Virus record (IMG/VR): IMGVR_UViG_3300013121_000025
Location: 1 to 64,000 of that record
DNA: 64,000 bases
From: a virus
Lineage: Duplodnaviria; Caudoviricetes
Direction: 5' to 3' (one strand)
The notes below the pieces were generated by a model. That model was not told the origin of the DNA. It was given only the letters and a program-made list of their open reading frames with translations, and did no database searches. The translations under genes were made by a program, and so were the position numbers. The first letter of the stretch is position 1, and every line of letters starts with the position of its first letter. Below are positions 1-8,694 of the stretch, piece by piece.

Positions 1-39
1 ACTCACGACTCTTATTAGGTGCATGAGCATACCATACAC

Positions 40-860
40 CATCGGTCCTTTTCAATCTTGGTTTGAAAGGTCTGGTCTTCTTCATCAGGTCCTCACCCTA
101 CCGAATAGGTCATCCCACGTTGGTCACACCCAAGGTCCTTCTACATCCCTTGCACTACCCCACAATCAACAACTGCCTTACCGTTGATCATAGGTGCTTG
201 AACAAACCTCGACAAGGTCCTTCCCCTCACAGTCACACTCACTGCGGTCAACTTGTACTGATGATTGGTCTTGAACATCAGGTCCTCCTGATGTTTTCTT
301 TCCATTTGTCCATCCTCGCAAACCATACATGATAGGTCGGCAATGGATGAATGCCTATCCTGGTCCCCATCTCCCTCTTGAACTTCCAAGAGTGATTGTA
401 GGTCCTCAGAAACAATTCACACTTCCATAACGAATAAGGTTCATCAACAACCAATTTAAGGTCGTTGACACCTACCCTACTCATGTAGGTGTTCCTCCAT
501 CTCACGAAAGGTCTCTCATTCATATGATCATTATCCCTCACACATAGGTCCAGATCAACTGTCCCTTTGATGAAGAACCTCGAAGTTAGGTCTGATAGGT
601 TCTGCCCCTATGCCCTCCACCTCTTAACGAGGATGGTGCTCTCTCATGTCCGAGCTACAGATCTCGCAACAAGGTCCTTCATCAAACAAGTCCAGGTTCT
701 CCCTCTTCTCTTTTGGTCCTAGTATACATCATCTAAGGCCAAAAGAGAAGAGGGACCTTTCGGTCCCTCTTCAGGTCTTACTTCTGGTTCACTTTCAGGT
801 ACGGCTTGGCATTCTGATGGTAGGTCGAAGCACCTGCCAAGCTGGTCATGATTCCGGTCT
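40..860 (+). repeat. Dispersed, strand-biased GGTC / AGGTCCT motif array in a mostly non-coding region
   Basis: Manual count: about 22 GGTC on + in 1-780 versus 1 GACC. CAAGGTCCTTC at 131, 213 and 670; CATCAGGTCCTC at 83 and 276. Confidence 0.8.
747..772 (-). terminator. Intrinsic terminator after the 778..1191 gene
   Basis: GAAGAGGGACC-tttc-GGTCCCTCTTC 11-bp stem, followed on - by TCTTTT. Confidence 0.75.
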
Positions 861-1191
861 CGACAATCATGGCAATCAACTCCTTCCGACTCGCATTGGG
901 ATTGGCATCACACAACGCTACTACCTTCGCAAGCTTACCACCTTCCTTCAGAGGAGGCAACTTCTTCACAACAGTCACACCATCCTTCTTCACCTCAACC
1001 TTCTGCTTCGGAAGTTCAATTACCTCATCCTTCAAGTACTCAATCGGCTCTACCAAATCATCCTTCGGAATCGTCATCTGACCACCTTCCGGAAGTACCA
1101 GAACGATACTGTCCTGAAGAGTACTGTACAGATGACCGATGATGTCCACAACCTGACCATTCTCTTCGATCTTGGCTTTGATGAGTTGCAT
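778..1191 (-). CDS. Hypothetical early protein (Lys/Glu-rich; C-terminus possibly DNA-binding)
   Basis: AGAGGA RBS 9 nt before ATG at 1191 (ORF track starts at TTG 1200); tandem promoters upstream, terminator downstream. Confidence 0.75.
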   Translation of the reverse strand: MQLIKAKIEENGQVVDIIGHLYSTLQDSIVLVLPEGGQMTIPKDDLVEPIEYLKDEVIELPKQKVEVKKDGVTVVKKLPPLKEGGKLAKVVALCDANPNASRKELIAMIVETGIMTSLAGASTYHQNAKPYLKVNQK

Positions 1192-1233
1192 AAGGTTCAA
1201 TCCTCTTTGGTTGGTTTGTTTTAACTCAGGTAC

Positions 1234-1262
1234 ATCTTACAACAACTATCTTAGTCAGTCAA
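1234..1262 (-). promoter_or_regulatory. sigma70-type promoter
   Basis: TTGACT-N17-TAAGAT on -. Confidence 0.7.
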
Positions 1263-1298
1263 CATCTTTCTAACATTCTTGTCCTAACTAACAAGAAC

Positions 1299-1327
1299 AT
1301 TATACAACCAACTTGACTAACTATCAA
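1299..1327 (-). promoter_or_regulatory. sigma70-type promoter
   Basis: TTGATA-N17-TATAAT on -. Confidence 0.75.
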
Positions 1328-1423
1328 CAACTTTCTTTTCTTTACTTTCCTTCTCACCTCTTGATAGGAATCATTATACATGAAATAAAATTATTGACAA
1401 CTACTTTTTTCAATTATTTTCTG

Positions 1424-1453
1424 TTGACTTTCGACTCTAATATATCGTATAAT
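1424..1453 (+). promoter_or_regulatory. sigma70-type promoter
   Basis: TTGACT-N18-TATAAT. Confidence 0.65.
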
Positions 1454-1492
1454 GTAGTATTAATCTTAAGGGTAATTGTTATGAAATAATTG

Positions 1493-1521
1493 TTGACTTA
1501 CATAGTGATATGCTGTATACT
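1493..1521 (+). promoter_or_regulatory. sigma70-type promoter
   Basis: TTGACT-N17-TATACT. Confidence 0.7.
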
Positions 1522-1713
1522 ATAGGAATACGCAATCACTGTTGACAATAAGTGGAGCCCCTAAAAATATAATAATAAGGTCCCGTTGACCTAAGCTAAG
1601 CCCCTCAAGTGGCTTTCACTGTACACAATCACTGTCTTCAAAAATTTTTTCTATATTTTTTATATGTATAAACATTTTCCTGTAATAATACGTATTCACT
1701 GTTATGTTAATAG

Positions 1714-1742
1714 TTGAAATTGTTTTTGATTTCGATTATTAT
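1714..1742 (+). promoter_or_regulatory. sigma70-type promoter for the early + strand operon
   Basis: TTGAAA-N17-TATTAT upstream of the RBS (GGAGAG) of the 1810 gene. Confidence 0.55.
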
Positions 1743-1809
1743 AGTATATGATCTGAAAGAAATTTTCAGCAAAAATTATTGTGTATAAACTTTTAATGGA
1801 GAGTGTAAT

Positions 1810-2205
1810 ATGAAGGGTAGAAAAACGTGGGGTAGGGATGATATTCGATTAGCAATATTAGATCGTAATGTGACAATGTGGGGTAACAAATTATATCAAA
1901 TACAAACTGGAAGTATTGATTCTCGATTAGAGGAAAGCATTAGCAATCATTATCATATAAGAATGAATAGATTATTGAGTAGGCTTGGTCAAACATTTTC
2001 TGTAAGAGTATTAATATCTACTAACAGGAGAACATGGGGGTCTTCCTCAAAAATCGAGGGACCGTATACTAGAATCACGGTGAAAGAGCATTGTATGGGT
2101 ACTCGTTTTTGGATTAGGGATTGGAAAAGGGTAGCACCTGGAATGGTAAGAAAGGCGAATCAGATTAAGCGTATTAACAATAGAGGAATGAGGAGAGTTG
2201 TATGA
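1810..2205 (+). CDS. Hypothetical basic protein
   Basis: 131-aa ORF with GGAG RBS; first gene of a tightly overlapping operon. Confidence 0.65.
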   Translation: MKGRKTWGRDDIRLAILDRNVTMWGNKLYQIQTGSIDSRLEESISNHYHIRMNRLLSRLGQTFSVRVLISTNRRTWGSSSKIEGPYTRITVKEHCMGTRFWIRDWKRVAPGMVRKANQIKRINNRGMRRVV

Positions 2206-2504
2206 ACAAGGTAGATTATTTGTTAGTATGTTTAATGGAGGAGTTAGCAGAGGTGCAGCAAGCGTGTGCTAAGTCTCTTCGTTTTGGTTTAGAGGATCAT
2301 CGACCTGGAACGGAGGATCGTAACATAGATGAATTATGGACTGAAATAAATGATGTATATGCTATACTTGATATGTTAGTAGAGCATAATATTTTGTTAG
2401 TTAGAAACGAGTATAGAATAGACTTAAAGAAAGCAAAGGTTAATAAATTCATGCAATATTCTGAAGATGTAGGTAGGTTAGACAATGACGAAGACAGTAG
2501 ATGA
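2202..2504 (+). CDS. MazG-like NTP pyrophosphohydrolase
   Basis: LMEELAEVQQACAK..LRFG and EINDV acidic motifs typical of phage MazG-like proteins. Confidence 0.65.
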   Translation: MNKVDYLLVCLMEELAEVQQACAKSLRFGLEDHRPGTEDRNIDELWTEINDVYAILDMLVEHNILLVRNEYRIDLKKAKVNKFMQYSEDVGRLDNDEDSR

Positions 2505-2754
2505 ACTATCTGATTATGTAGATACTGTTTTTACTATATTAGCAAATGAAGGTCCTGATGGTATCAAACAATATATTGATGATATTGTATGGGATGATTT
2601 GCATATAGAGGAAGTATGTGCTTTTTTGAGGGTGGCGTATGGATGGCGGGCGTATATTGACAAATGGGTTGAGGTGAGGGATTATGCGTGTAAGCGTGCT
2701 ATAGAGGAAGGGTATGAAGTGAGTGATATATTATATGGATTATTAGGAGATTGA
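2485..2754 (+). CDS. Hypothetical protein
   Basis: ORF overlapping its neighbours in the operon. Confidence 0.7.
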   Translation: MTKTVDELSDYVDTVFTILANEGPDGIKQYIDDIVWDDLHIEEVCAFLRVAYGWRAYIDKWVEVRDYACKRAIEEGYEVSDILYGLLGD

Positions 2755-3002
2755 AGATGGTAATTGACTGGGATGATGTACGTAGGTATAGGCAAGTGAC
2801 AATATATCCTAATCCTGATTGGGGTGATGAGGCTTATGATGAGATGAGGTTAAAGGATGATGGGGAGTGGGTAAAGTATAATGATGTGAAGATATTGGAG
2901 GAAGTGGTTAGGGAACTGATGGTGAGGGAGAAAAAGTATAAAAAGTTGATAAAGGAGTTGGAATCAACTTGTGAATGGAGGAAGAATGATGAACACAAAT
3001 AA
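2751..3002 (+). CDS. Hypothetical protein
   Basis: AGGAG RBS; overlapping operon ORF. Confidence 0.7.
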   Translation: MKMVIDWDDVRRYRQVTIYPNPDWGDEAYDEMRLKDDGEWVKYNDVKILEEVVRELMVREKKYKKLIKELESTCEWRKNDEHK

Positions 3003-3189
3003 GATTGTTGATTATGATATATTGTGGAGTGAGAATACTCATAAACTTATAAGTGCAGTTAAGAATGCAATTACTGAAGGATGGAAACCATATGGACATC
3101 CGTATACAAGAGATGGTAATAAGGTATATCAAGCAGTAGTTAAAATCGAACGAAAATTTGGATCGATTACGTTGGGGAATGAAAAATGA
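2986..3189 (+). CDS. DUF1737-like small protein
   Basis: L..AV..AITEGWKPYG.P...YQAVVK pattern; GGAGG RBS before ATG 2986. Confidence 0.6.
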   Translation: MMNTNKIVDYDILWSENTHKLISAVKNAITEGWKPYGHPYTRDGNKVYQAVVKIERKFGSITLGNEK

Positions 3190-3512
3190 TTAATATGGAA
3201 CTGGCCTCTAACGATACACGACCTGATTGTAAAGGACGTTTCTTTAGAGTACAAGAGAATAATTTTCTTGCTTCTGACGGTTCGTGGGTAGTTAATAGAC
3301 GTTATAAACCATTAAAGAGAAGAAGTTGTCCTGGTTGTCAGTATTGTGGATGGATGCAGGATGATATCAAAGAAGGCATTCCAGTTATAGATGGAGGAAG
3401 GGATAAGGATGTTGTTCAATTAATCGTAACAGATCAATTTACGGATTGGGAAACAGGGTTAGTGGATGATTGGAAATTAAAATTTGTAGTAGTGGAGAAT
3501 AAAAATGTTTGA
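3186..3512 (+). CDS. Hypothetical protein with CPGCxxC motif
   Basis: SCPGCQYCGW. Confidence 0.7.
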   Translation: MINMELASNDTRPDCKGRFFRVQENNFLASDGSWVVNRRYKPLKRRSCPGCQYCGWMQDDIKEGIPVIDGGRDKDVVQLIVTDQFTDWETGLVDDWKLKFVVVENKNV

Positions 3513-3708
3513 ACCAGTGCGTGTTGGATCAGAAAAGATGTTTTATGAAAATGATGTTATGACAGAATTAGACAAGGTCGAGAAAAAGGCTTGGAATGAC
3601 GCATTACAATTAGCTGTTACCCTGCAAATAAATTGGAGTAGTGGGTTTTTTGATGATATGGGAAGTCAGCCGACTTTTGAAGAAATTTTAGAGAGGTTTA
3701 AAAAATGA
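3505..3708 (+). CDS. Hypothetical protein
   Basis: Operon ORF with GGAG RBS. Confidence 0.65.
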   Translation: MFEPVRVGSEKMFYENDVMTELDKVEKKAWNDALQLAVTLQINWSSGFFDDMGSQPTFEEILERFKK

Positions 3709-3956
3709 AAAAGTATAGTATAATAGTTCTATTAATGTTATTAGGAGCTTGTGATAATTCCTCACGAAATTATACTCCAACAGACGCTGCTCCTACAAAT
3801 GCATCTCAAAATGTAATTCAGCAAGCTAAATGGGATAGAGGTAGATTATGGGTGGTTACATTAGATGATGGAACAAATTGTGTTGTTACAAGAGTATTAG
3901 ATGGTGGTGGTGGTGTGGATTGTAATTGGAAACAGGAATCGTCACAAGATGAGTGA
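3705..3956 (+). CDS. Putative lipoprotein
   Basis: MKK + hydrophobic stretch + LLGAC lipobox. Confidence 0.7.
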   Translation: MKKYSIIVLLMLLGACDNSSRNYTPTDAAPTNASQNVIQQAKWDRGRLWVVTLDDGTNCVVTRVLDGGGGVDCNWKQESSQDE

Positions 3957-4206
3957 AATAAATTGGACTGTATTATGTGAGACAGAAATTTGTACTTTAA
4001 TGATGCAAAAAATGCCTTTTGCTGAAAAAGCGTTATTGCAAATGTATTGTACAAAACGTCTTAATAACGAAAATCCAGGAAAGTTACTGATTTTTATTGC
4101 TCCGTGGATGCCGACAGGAACATTATTAGCAGACGATATCGTAGGAGTACAACCAATGACTATTCCATCAGAATCAAAATTTAAGGTAAAATACAAATAT
4201 GAGTAA
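3949..4206 (+). CDS. Small protein carrying a T4 gp23 major-capsid-like peptide
   Basis: LLADDIVGVQPMTIPS resembles gp23 LIAFDICGVQPMNSPT; likely start ATG 3949 after CAGGA. Confidence 0.6.
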   Translation: MSEINWTVLCETEICTLMMQKMPFAEKALLQMYCTKRLNNENPGKLLIFIAPWMPTGTLLADDIVGVQPMTIPSESKFKVKYKYE

Positions 4207-4489
4207 TATTATATTAATTATTGTGGTATTATATGCTTTTTTTTCGCTTAGAGCTTTACATCTTATTACTTTGAATTTCACAGCATTAGATGTTTGTGAT
4301 AAACTAGCATCGAAGTATATTGAAGAAGAAAGATATACTGAATGGAAAAAATGGTTTAACATGTATGATAACGAAAAGATACAGCCAAATATGCGTTTTA
4401 TATTTGTATTATTAAATTTAACAATATGGAATGTTGATCAAATATTTAAACAATTATATACCACAGCGAGAGAAGAAGGGCATGAGTAA
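4199..4489 (+). CDS. Hypothetical membrane protein
   Basis: Two hydrophobic segments. Confidence 0.65.
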   Translation: MSNIILIIVVLYAFFSLRALHLITLNFTALDVCDKLASKYIEEERYTEWKKWFNMYDNEKIQPNMRFIFVLLNLTIWNVDQIFKQLYTTAREEGHE

Positions 4490-4901
4490 CGAATTTACAT
4501 TTATAGTATTTCGTAGTGATAATACAACAGAAACTCACAGTGCTAGTAGTTTTATAATAGTAGATGGAGTGGCTGTGTTTATCGATAATGATGGAAAAAA
4601 CTTATCTGCTGCATGCGGATTTGATACTATTCTTAGAAAGGATATGATGGATGATGAGACTTTATCGGAGTGGGGACTTATAGAACAACCATCTTCGCCA
4701 GAACCTATTACCGATGAGAAGGGGTATACAATAATAGATAATAAACCATTGACTAAAGGACCAGTTCCAGTATTCTTGAAATTTGAAGATGGAAGTATTA
4801 AGTGTGGATGGTGGAAACATGGAATGTTTATGGTAGATGGATGGTTTGTAGATTATCCGCCAAAGAAGAAAGTAGTACGTTGGAAAATGAGGTATGAATA
4901 A
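4482..4901 (+). CDS. Hypothetical protein
   Basis: Operon ORF; ATG 4482 preferred. Confidence 0.7.
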   Translation: MSNEFTFIVFRSDNTTETHSASSFIIVDGVAVFIDNDGKNLSAACGFDTILRKDMMDDETLSEWGLIEQPSSPEPITDEKGYTIIDNKPLTKGPVPVFLKFEDGSIKCGWWKHGMFMVDGWFVDYPPKKKVVRWKMRYE

Positions 4902-5290
4902 TGAGTTATTATTTAGATTTTAAGGTAAAGTATAAAGATGGAACAGTAAAGCCAAATCCTTTTGGCTTTAGATATGGTTGGGGTGCGCCTCCCACAAACA
5001 AGGAATTCTTAAAAAGGTTTTTTGGTAATTTGGATTTTCTTTGGACTAGTGGTTATAGAGATCGTTTATTAGCAGACCATCCTGATTTTATGGACATTAT
5101 CGAATTGGAATATGAAGGACAAGAATATGAAGTAAGAATTCCTGAATATGTTGCATACATGGATAATTATATTAAAGATGGAGTGTGTCCTACTGGTGGT
5201 ATTCATAAATGGACAGAAGTCGGATTAACGCAAGGAGACGTTACAACAGGACGTCGTTGTGATAAGTGTCAAAAACAAGAGTGGTATTAA
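4901..5290 (+). CDS. Hypothetical protein with C-terminal Cys/His (possible Zn) motif
   Basis: CPTGGIHKW...CDKC. Confidence 0.7.
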   Translation: MSYYLDFKVKYKDGTVKPNPFGFRYGWGAPPTNKEFLKRFFGNLDFLWTSGYRDRLLADHPDFMDIIELEYEGQEYEVRIPEYVAYMDNYIKDGVCPTGGIHKWTEVGLTQGDVTTGRRCDKCQKQEWY

Positions 5291-5291
5291 T

Positions 5292-5615
5292 ATGTATAGA
5301 ATTTTAGAAAAAGAGATGGATGGTGTTAAGAAGTATAGGGTACAACGTTCTTATTTATTTTTCTTCTGGTCAGATGTTGAACAATCATCATACGCAGTTG
5401 ATAATGATGAATTTTATGCTCCTCACGTTTGGCATGAGGATAAAATATACGATACATATGAAGAAGCAAGAGAAGTGATTATTAGAGTTCAATTACAATC
5501 TAGACAAAAATGGACTCCTGTAGCAGAGTTTTTATCGACTGGAGAAGAGATAACATATGGTATTAAACCTCCATCAATTAGAGCACCAACTAAACCCCCA
5601 CCTTCGAGGAAATAA
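5292..5615 (+). CDS. Hypothetical protein
   Basis: YRVQR..LFFFW phage-type motif; Pro-rich tail. Confidence 0.7.
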   Translation: MYRILEKEMDGVKKYRVQRSYLFFFWSDVEQSSYAVDNDEFYAPHVWHEDKIYDTYEEAREVIIRVQLQSRQKWTPVAEFLSTGEEITYGIKPPSIRAPTKPPPSRK

Positions 5616-5617
5616 TA

Positions 5618-6070
5618 ATGAATACAAATCCAGTAATATATCAAGCAAGTTTTAAAAATAGCAAGGAAGATTGGTTACAAATATCAAAAGAACAATATGA
5701 TAATTGGAAGGAAGATGATTCCATCCAAGCAGTAAGACGTTTAACTATTGATGGGTTTGATACACGACCTCGTTATGATGAAGTCGTTCGATATACACCA
5801 ATAGCACAAGAAAATCCTTATAAGGATGATTGGAACAAATACATCGGAGCTATGACACCAAAATCTACAGGTGATTATATTTTATATGATGCATTTATGT
5901 GGTATATGAAAATAGCTGTTGATCAACCTGTATGTGTAGATTCATCTAATAAATTGGGGGAAGGAAAGTTTTTTTGTGGTATATGTATAAGATGTAGAGC
6001 TCGGCAATTAGTAATTGCCGATAAAGAACAACGACAAGTTACAAATAAAGAAAATTTACATAAAAAGTAG
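5618..6070 (+). CDS. Hypothetical protein
   Basis: 150-aa ORF, AGGA RBS, CGICIRC motif. Confidence 0.7.
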   Translation: MNTNPVIYQASFKNSKEDWLQISKEQYDNWKEDDSIQAVRRLTIDGFDTRPRYDEVVRYTPIAQENPYKDDWNKYIGAMTPKSTGDYILYDAFMWYMKIAVDQPVCVDSSNKLGEGKFFCGICIRCRARQLVIADKEQRQVTNKENLHKK

Positions 6071-6124
6071 ATTCCAGATAAAAATTATAGTATAATATAA
6101 ACTCAACTTTAAAAAGAGGTTAAT

Positions 6125-7165
6125 ATGAGTAAGAAAACATATATTGGTATTAGTAGAGATCATAGTGGATCAATGAGACATATTGCACACTATGCAGCAA
6201 GAGATTATAATCAAACAATTGAAGCGATTAAAGAAGCATCAAAAGCAAATGATCAAGACACGATTATGAGTGTTGTTGAATGTGGAGCTGGTAATGCTTC
6301 TAATGTCGTTCGTAAGGTAGTAATGAATTCAAGTTTATCAGCAATTCAACCTTTATCAGAATCAGCATACATTGCCGATGGTAGTGGTACTCCATTGTGG
6401 GATTCTGTAGGTGATTTGATTACGATGATGGAAAATGTGCCAGATGCAAAAGATCCTGATGTATCGTTTTTAGTAATGGCGATTACCGATGGTGAAGAAA
6501 ATTCTTCTTATCGTTGGACAATTGGCACTTTGAAAGAGAAAATTAAAAAATTACAAAACACTGATCGTTGGACATTCGTGTTTAGAGTACCACGTGGTTA
6601 TTCACATGCTTTAACAAGATTTGGTATTCCAGCAGGTAACATTCTTGAGTGGGAGCAATCGAAGCAAGGGATGGAGAAGAGTACTATTCAGACAAGAGAA
6701 GCATTTACGCAATATTATGCATCACGTTCTTTAGGTGCAACAAGTTCTTCTACATTCTATGTTAATGCAGCGAATTTGAATATTGCAGACGTGAAAGCAA
6801 ATCTTGTCGACATTTCTTCAAAAGTAAAATTATTTGGAGTTAATGGTCCAGCTCAGATTCGTCCTTTCATTGAATCGATGGTTAATGGTCCAATGGAGAA
6901 AGGAGCAGCATTTTATCAATTAACTAAACCTGAAAAAGAAGTGCAAGATTATAAATTAATTGCAATTCGTGATAAAACAACAGGGGCAGTTTATGGTGGA
7001 GCTAATGCTCGTGATTTACTTGGATTGCCTCATTTTGGTACAGTAAGAGTAGCTCCAGACGATCATGGAAACTATGATATTTTCATTCAGAGTACTTCTG
7101 TTAATAGAAAATTAGTTCCAGGCAGTTTTGTATTATATTGGCCAGGGGCAGGTGTTCACAAGTAA
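6125..7165 (+). CDS. von Willebrand factor A (vWA) domain protein
   Basis: MIDAS DHSGS, TPLWD and ITDGEEN motifs; own promoter (TAGATT-N17-TATAAT) and GAGG RBS. Confidence 0.85.
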   Translation: MSKKTYIGISRDHSGSMRHIAHYAARDYNQTIEAIKEASKANDQDTIMSVVECGAGNASNVVRKVVMNSSLSAIQPLSESAYIADGSGTPLWDSVGDLITMMENVPDAKDPDVSFLVMAITDGEENSSYRWTIGTLKEKIKKLQNTDRWTFVFRVPRGYSHALTRFGIPAGNILEWEQSKQGMEKSTIQTREAFTQYYASRSLGATSSSTFYVNAANLNIADVKANLVDISSKVKLFGVNGPAQIRPFIESMVNGPMEKGAAFYQLTKPEKEVQDYKLIAIRDKTTGAVYGGANARDLLGLPHFGTVRVAPDDHGNYDIFIQSTSVNRKLVPGSFVLYWPGAGVHK

Positions 7166-7170
7166 TAACA

Positions 7171-7198
7171 AAGCCCCTCGTACGAGGGGCTTACTTTT
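7171..7198 (+). terminator. Intrinsic terminator
   Basis: Perfect palindrome AAGCCCCTCGTACGAGGGGCTT followed by ACTTTT. Confidence 0.75.
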
Positions 7199-7207
7199 GA
7201 GGTATAT

Positions 7208-7807
7208 ATGAAAGCAATTGCAAAACTACAAAATCGACGTATAGTAGATGTACATCGTTGGTATAAAAATGGGGATCATCCTTTAGATAATTCATTTGGT
7301 GAAGACGGACAAGAGTACGAAGGTAATGTTGTTCGTTATTATAGAGTTCCAGGCATGGATGGAATTTATTGTAAATCCTGCGGAAAAACAATGAAAGAAC
7401 ACGGATGGATCGATTCTGGTGCGTTAGGGAATGTTGTTTGTCCAGGAAGTTATATAGTATGTGAACGTGGAAAATTTGTTGCATATAATAATTATTTAAC
7501 ATTTACAAATTGTTATACTTTGTTGGAAAACGAGCAACCTGAAGATGAAGATACAGACATTGCTCATCTACCTGAAACAAAATCAGATGATTGTGTTCTT
7601 TGTCATCGTGATAAAGAATTAAATGATGAAAGAATGCATACAGGTCCTTGTCAAACAAGGGACGAGTTGTTGAAGCAGTTTGTAACTGTATTAGAACATG
7701 TTTGTAAAACACCTGATAGAACAGCTGATATTGAAATACTTAAAATCGTATGGAAGCGTGTTAAAGATTGTAAGGTATTATTAACAAAGGATAATAGCAA
7801 TGGATAA
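7208..7807 (+). CDS. Conserved phage hypothetical protein (HGWID...VCPG family)
   Basis: WYKNGDHP, EGNVVRYYR and HGWIDSG..VVCPGSYIV motifs. Confidence 0.7.
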   Translation: MKAIAKLQNRRIVDVHRWYKNGDHPLDNSFGEDGQEYEGNVVRYYRVPGMDGIYCKSCGKTMKEHGWIDSGALGNVVCPGSYIVCERGKFVAYNNYLTFTNCYTLLENEQPEDEDTDIAHLPETKSDDCVLCHRDKELNDERMHTGPCQTRDELLKQFVTVLEHVCKTPDRTADIEILKIVWKRVKDCKVLLTKDNSNG

Positions 7808-8102
7808 TATTGATAAAGCAATTGATACTTTGTTAGAAAATGATTGGTGGCCATCTAATATAAAACCAACAGAGGTATATGAGCGATATCAAGATGATAC
7901 TGATGGGGAAACTTCAAGTGATCATATTTTGTCGTTAATGTTCACAAGAGATGGTGATGCGTGGTTGATGCTACCTAGTGCTAGACATTCTTTACGGTTT
8001 AGAACATATGCTGGCGGAGGTGATTCTCTTCGTGTTAGGAATGCATTGTTACTATTAGCAGAAGCGATTCGACGTGACAATGAAGAACGACCCCAACGAT
8101 AA
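7800..8102 (+). CDS. Conserved phage hypothetical protein
   Basis: FRTYAGGG.S.RVRNAL..LAEAI..DN. Confidence 0.7.
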   Translation: MDNIDKAIDTLLENDWWPSNIKPTEVYERYQDDTDGETSSDHILSLMFTRDGDAWLMLPSARHSLRFRTYAGGGDSLRVRNALLLLAEAIRRDNEERPQR

Positions 8103-8114
8103 AGGATAACAATT

Positions 8115-8315
8115 ATGAGTGATTTATGGTTTAATTTAAGATTGTGGGACTATCACATTCAAGCTGGTAGGAGAGAGTGGTGGAGATTTCAATTTAGTAG
8201 AAATTCTTATCATCGTGAGAATAATTGGCCTGATGGATATATTAGTTTATATGATTTTTCAACGCCGAGATCATACATTGGTGGTTATCCTGCTGCCAGG
8301 AGTGAAGTAGAGTAA
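8115..8315 (+). CDS. Hypothetical protein
   Basis: AAGGA RBS; Trp-rich 66 aa. Confidence 0.6.
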   Translation: MSDLWFNLRLWDYHIQAGRREWWRFQFSRNSYHRENNWPDGYISLYDFSTPRSYIGGYPAARSEVE

Positions 8316-8511
8316 CAAAATTTTATCTTATTATAATCTTACATTGTATAAAGCATTTTGTATAAAGCATTTTGTATGGAGCAACAATTTATATCGACCT
8401 TTTCGTTGTTTCGTTACGTTCCTATTCGAAAGTTTGGTGGTCATACTGAATATTTCATGTGTGATGAGATATTAATCAAAAAGTATACAAATTTTATTGG
8501 AGATCTTGTTA

Positions 8512-8694
8512 ATGAACAAAACAGAACATGAACATGTAAATGAAGATGGGATTTTAATTAAATGCTATCATCAATGTAAGAGTGTATTGGATTGGAGATT
8601 TTTTCTTGGAGTTACGGTGTCTTTTCCTTTTGAACATTTTTTATATGAGAAAGTTTGGCCTTTTAATTTAATAACACATTGGATGGGATTATAA
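8512..8694 (+). CDS. Small membrane protein
   Basis: GGAG RBS before ATG 8512; hydrophobic C-terminal half. Confidence 0.55.
   Translation: MNKTEHEHVNEDGILIKCYHQCKSVLDWRFFLGVTVSFPFEHFLYEKVWPFNLITHWMGL

Noticed and set aside
63-541. ORFs 63..332 (+), 141..389 (-) and 278..541 (-)
   Set aside because: They overlap each other, use non-ATG starts, lack a clear RBS or recognisable motif, and lie downstream of a terminator. One could still be real.
1-860. CRISPR array interpretation of the repeats
   Set aside because: Repeats are only 4-12 bp, irregularly spaced, and no cas genes are present.
646-1224. 192-aa + strand ORF and 848..1081
   Set aside because: Antisense shadows of the - strand gene, which has promoters, RBS and terminator.
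8344-8377. 14-bp tandem repeat TTGTATAAAGCATT x2.4
   Set aside because: Looks like a simple slippage duplication in an intergenic or decayed ORF; no support for a function.
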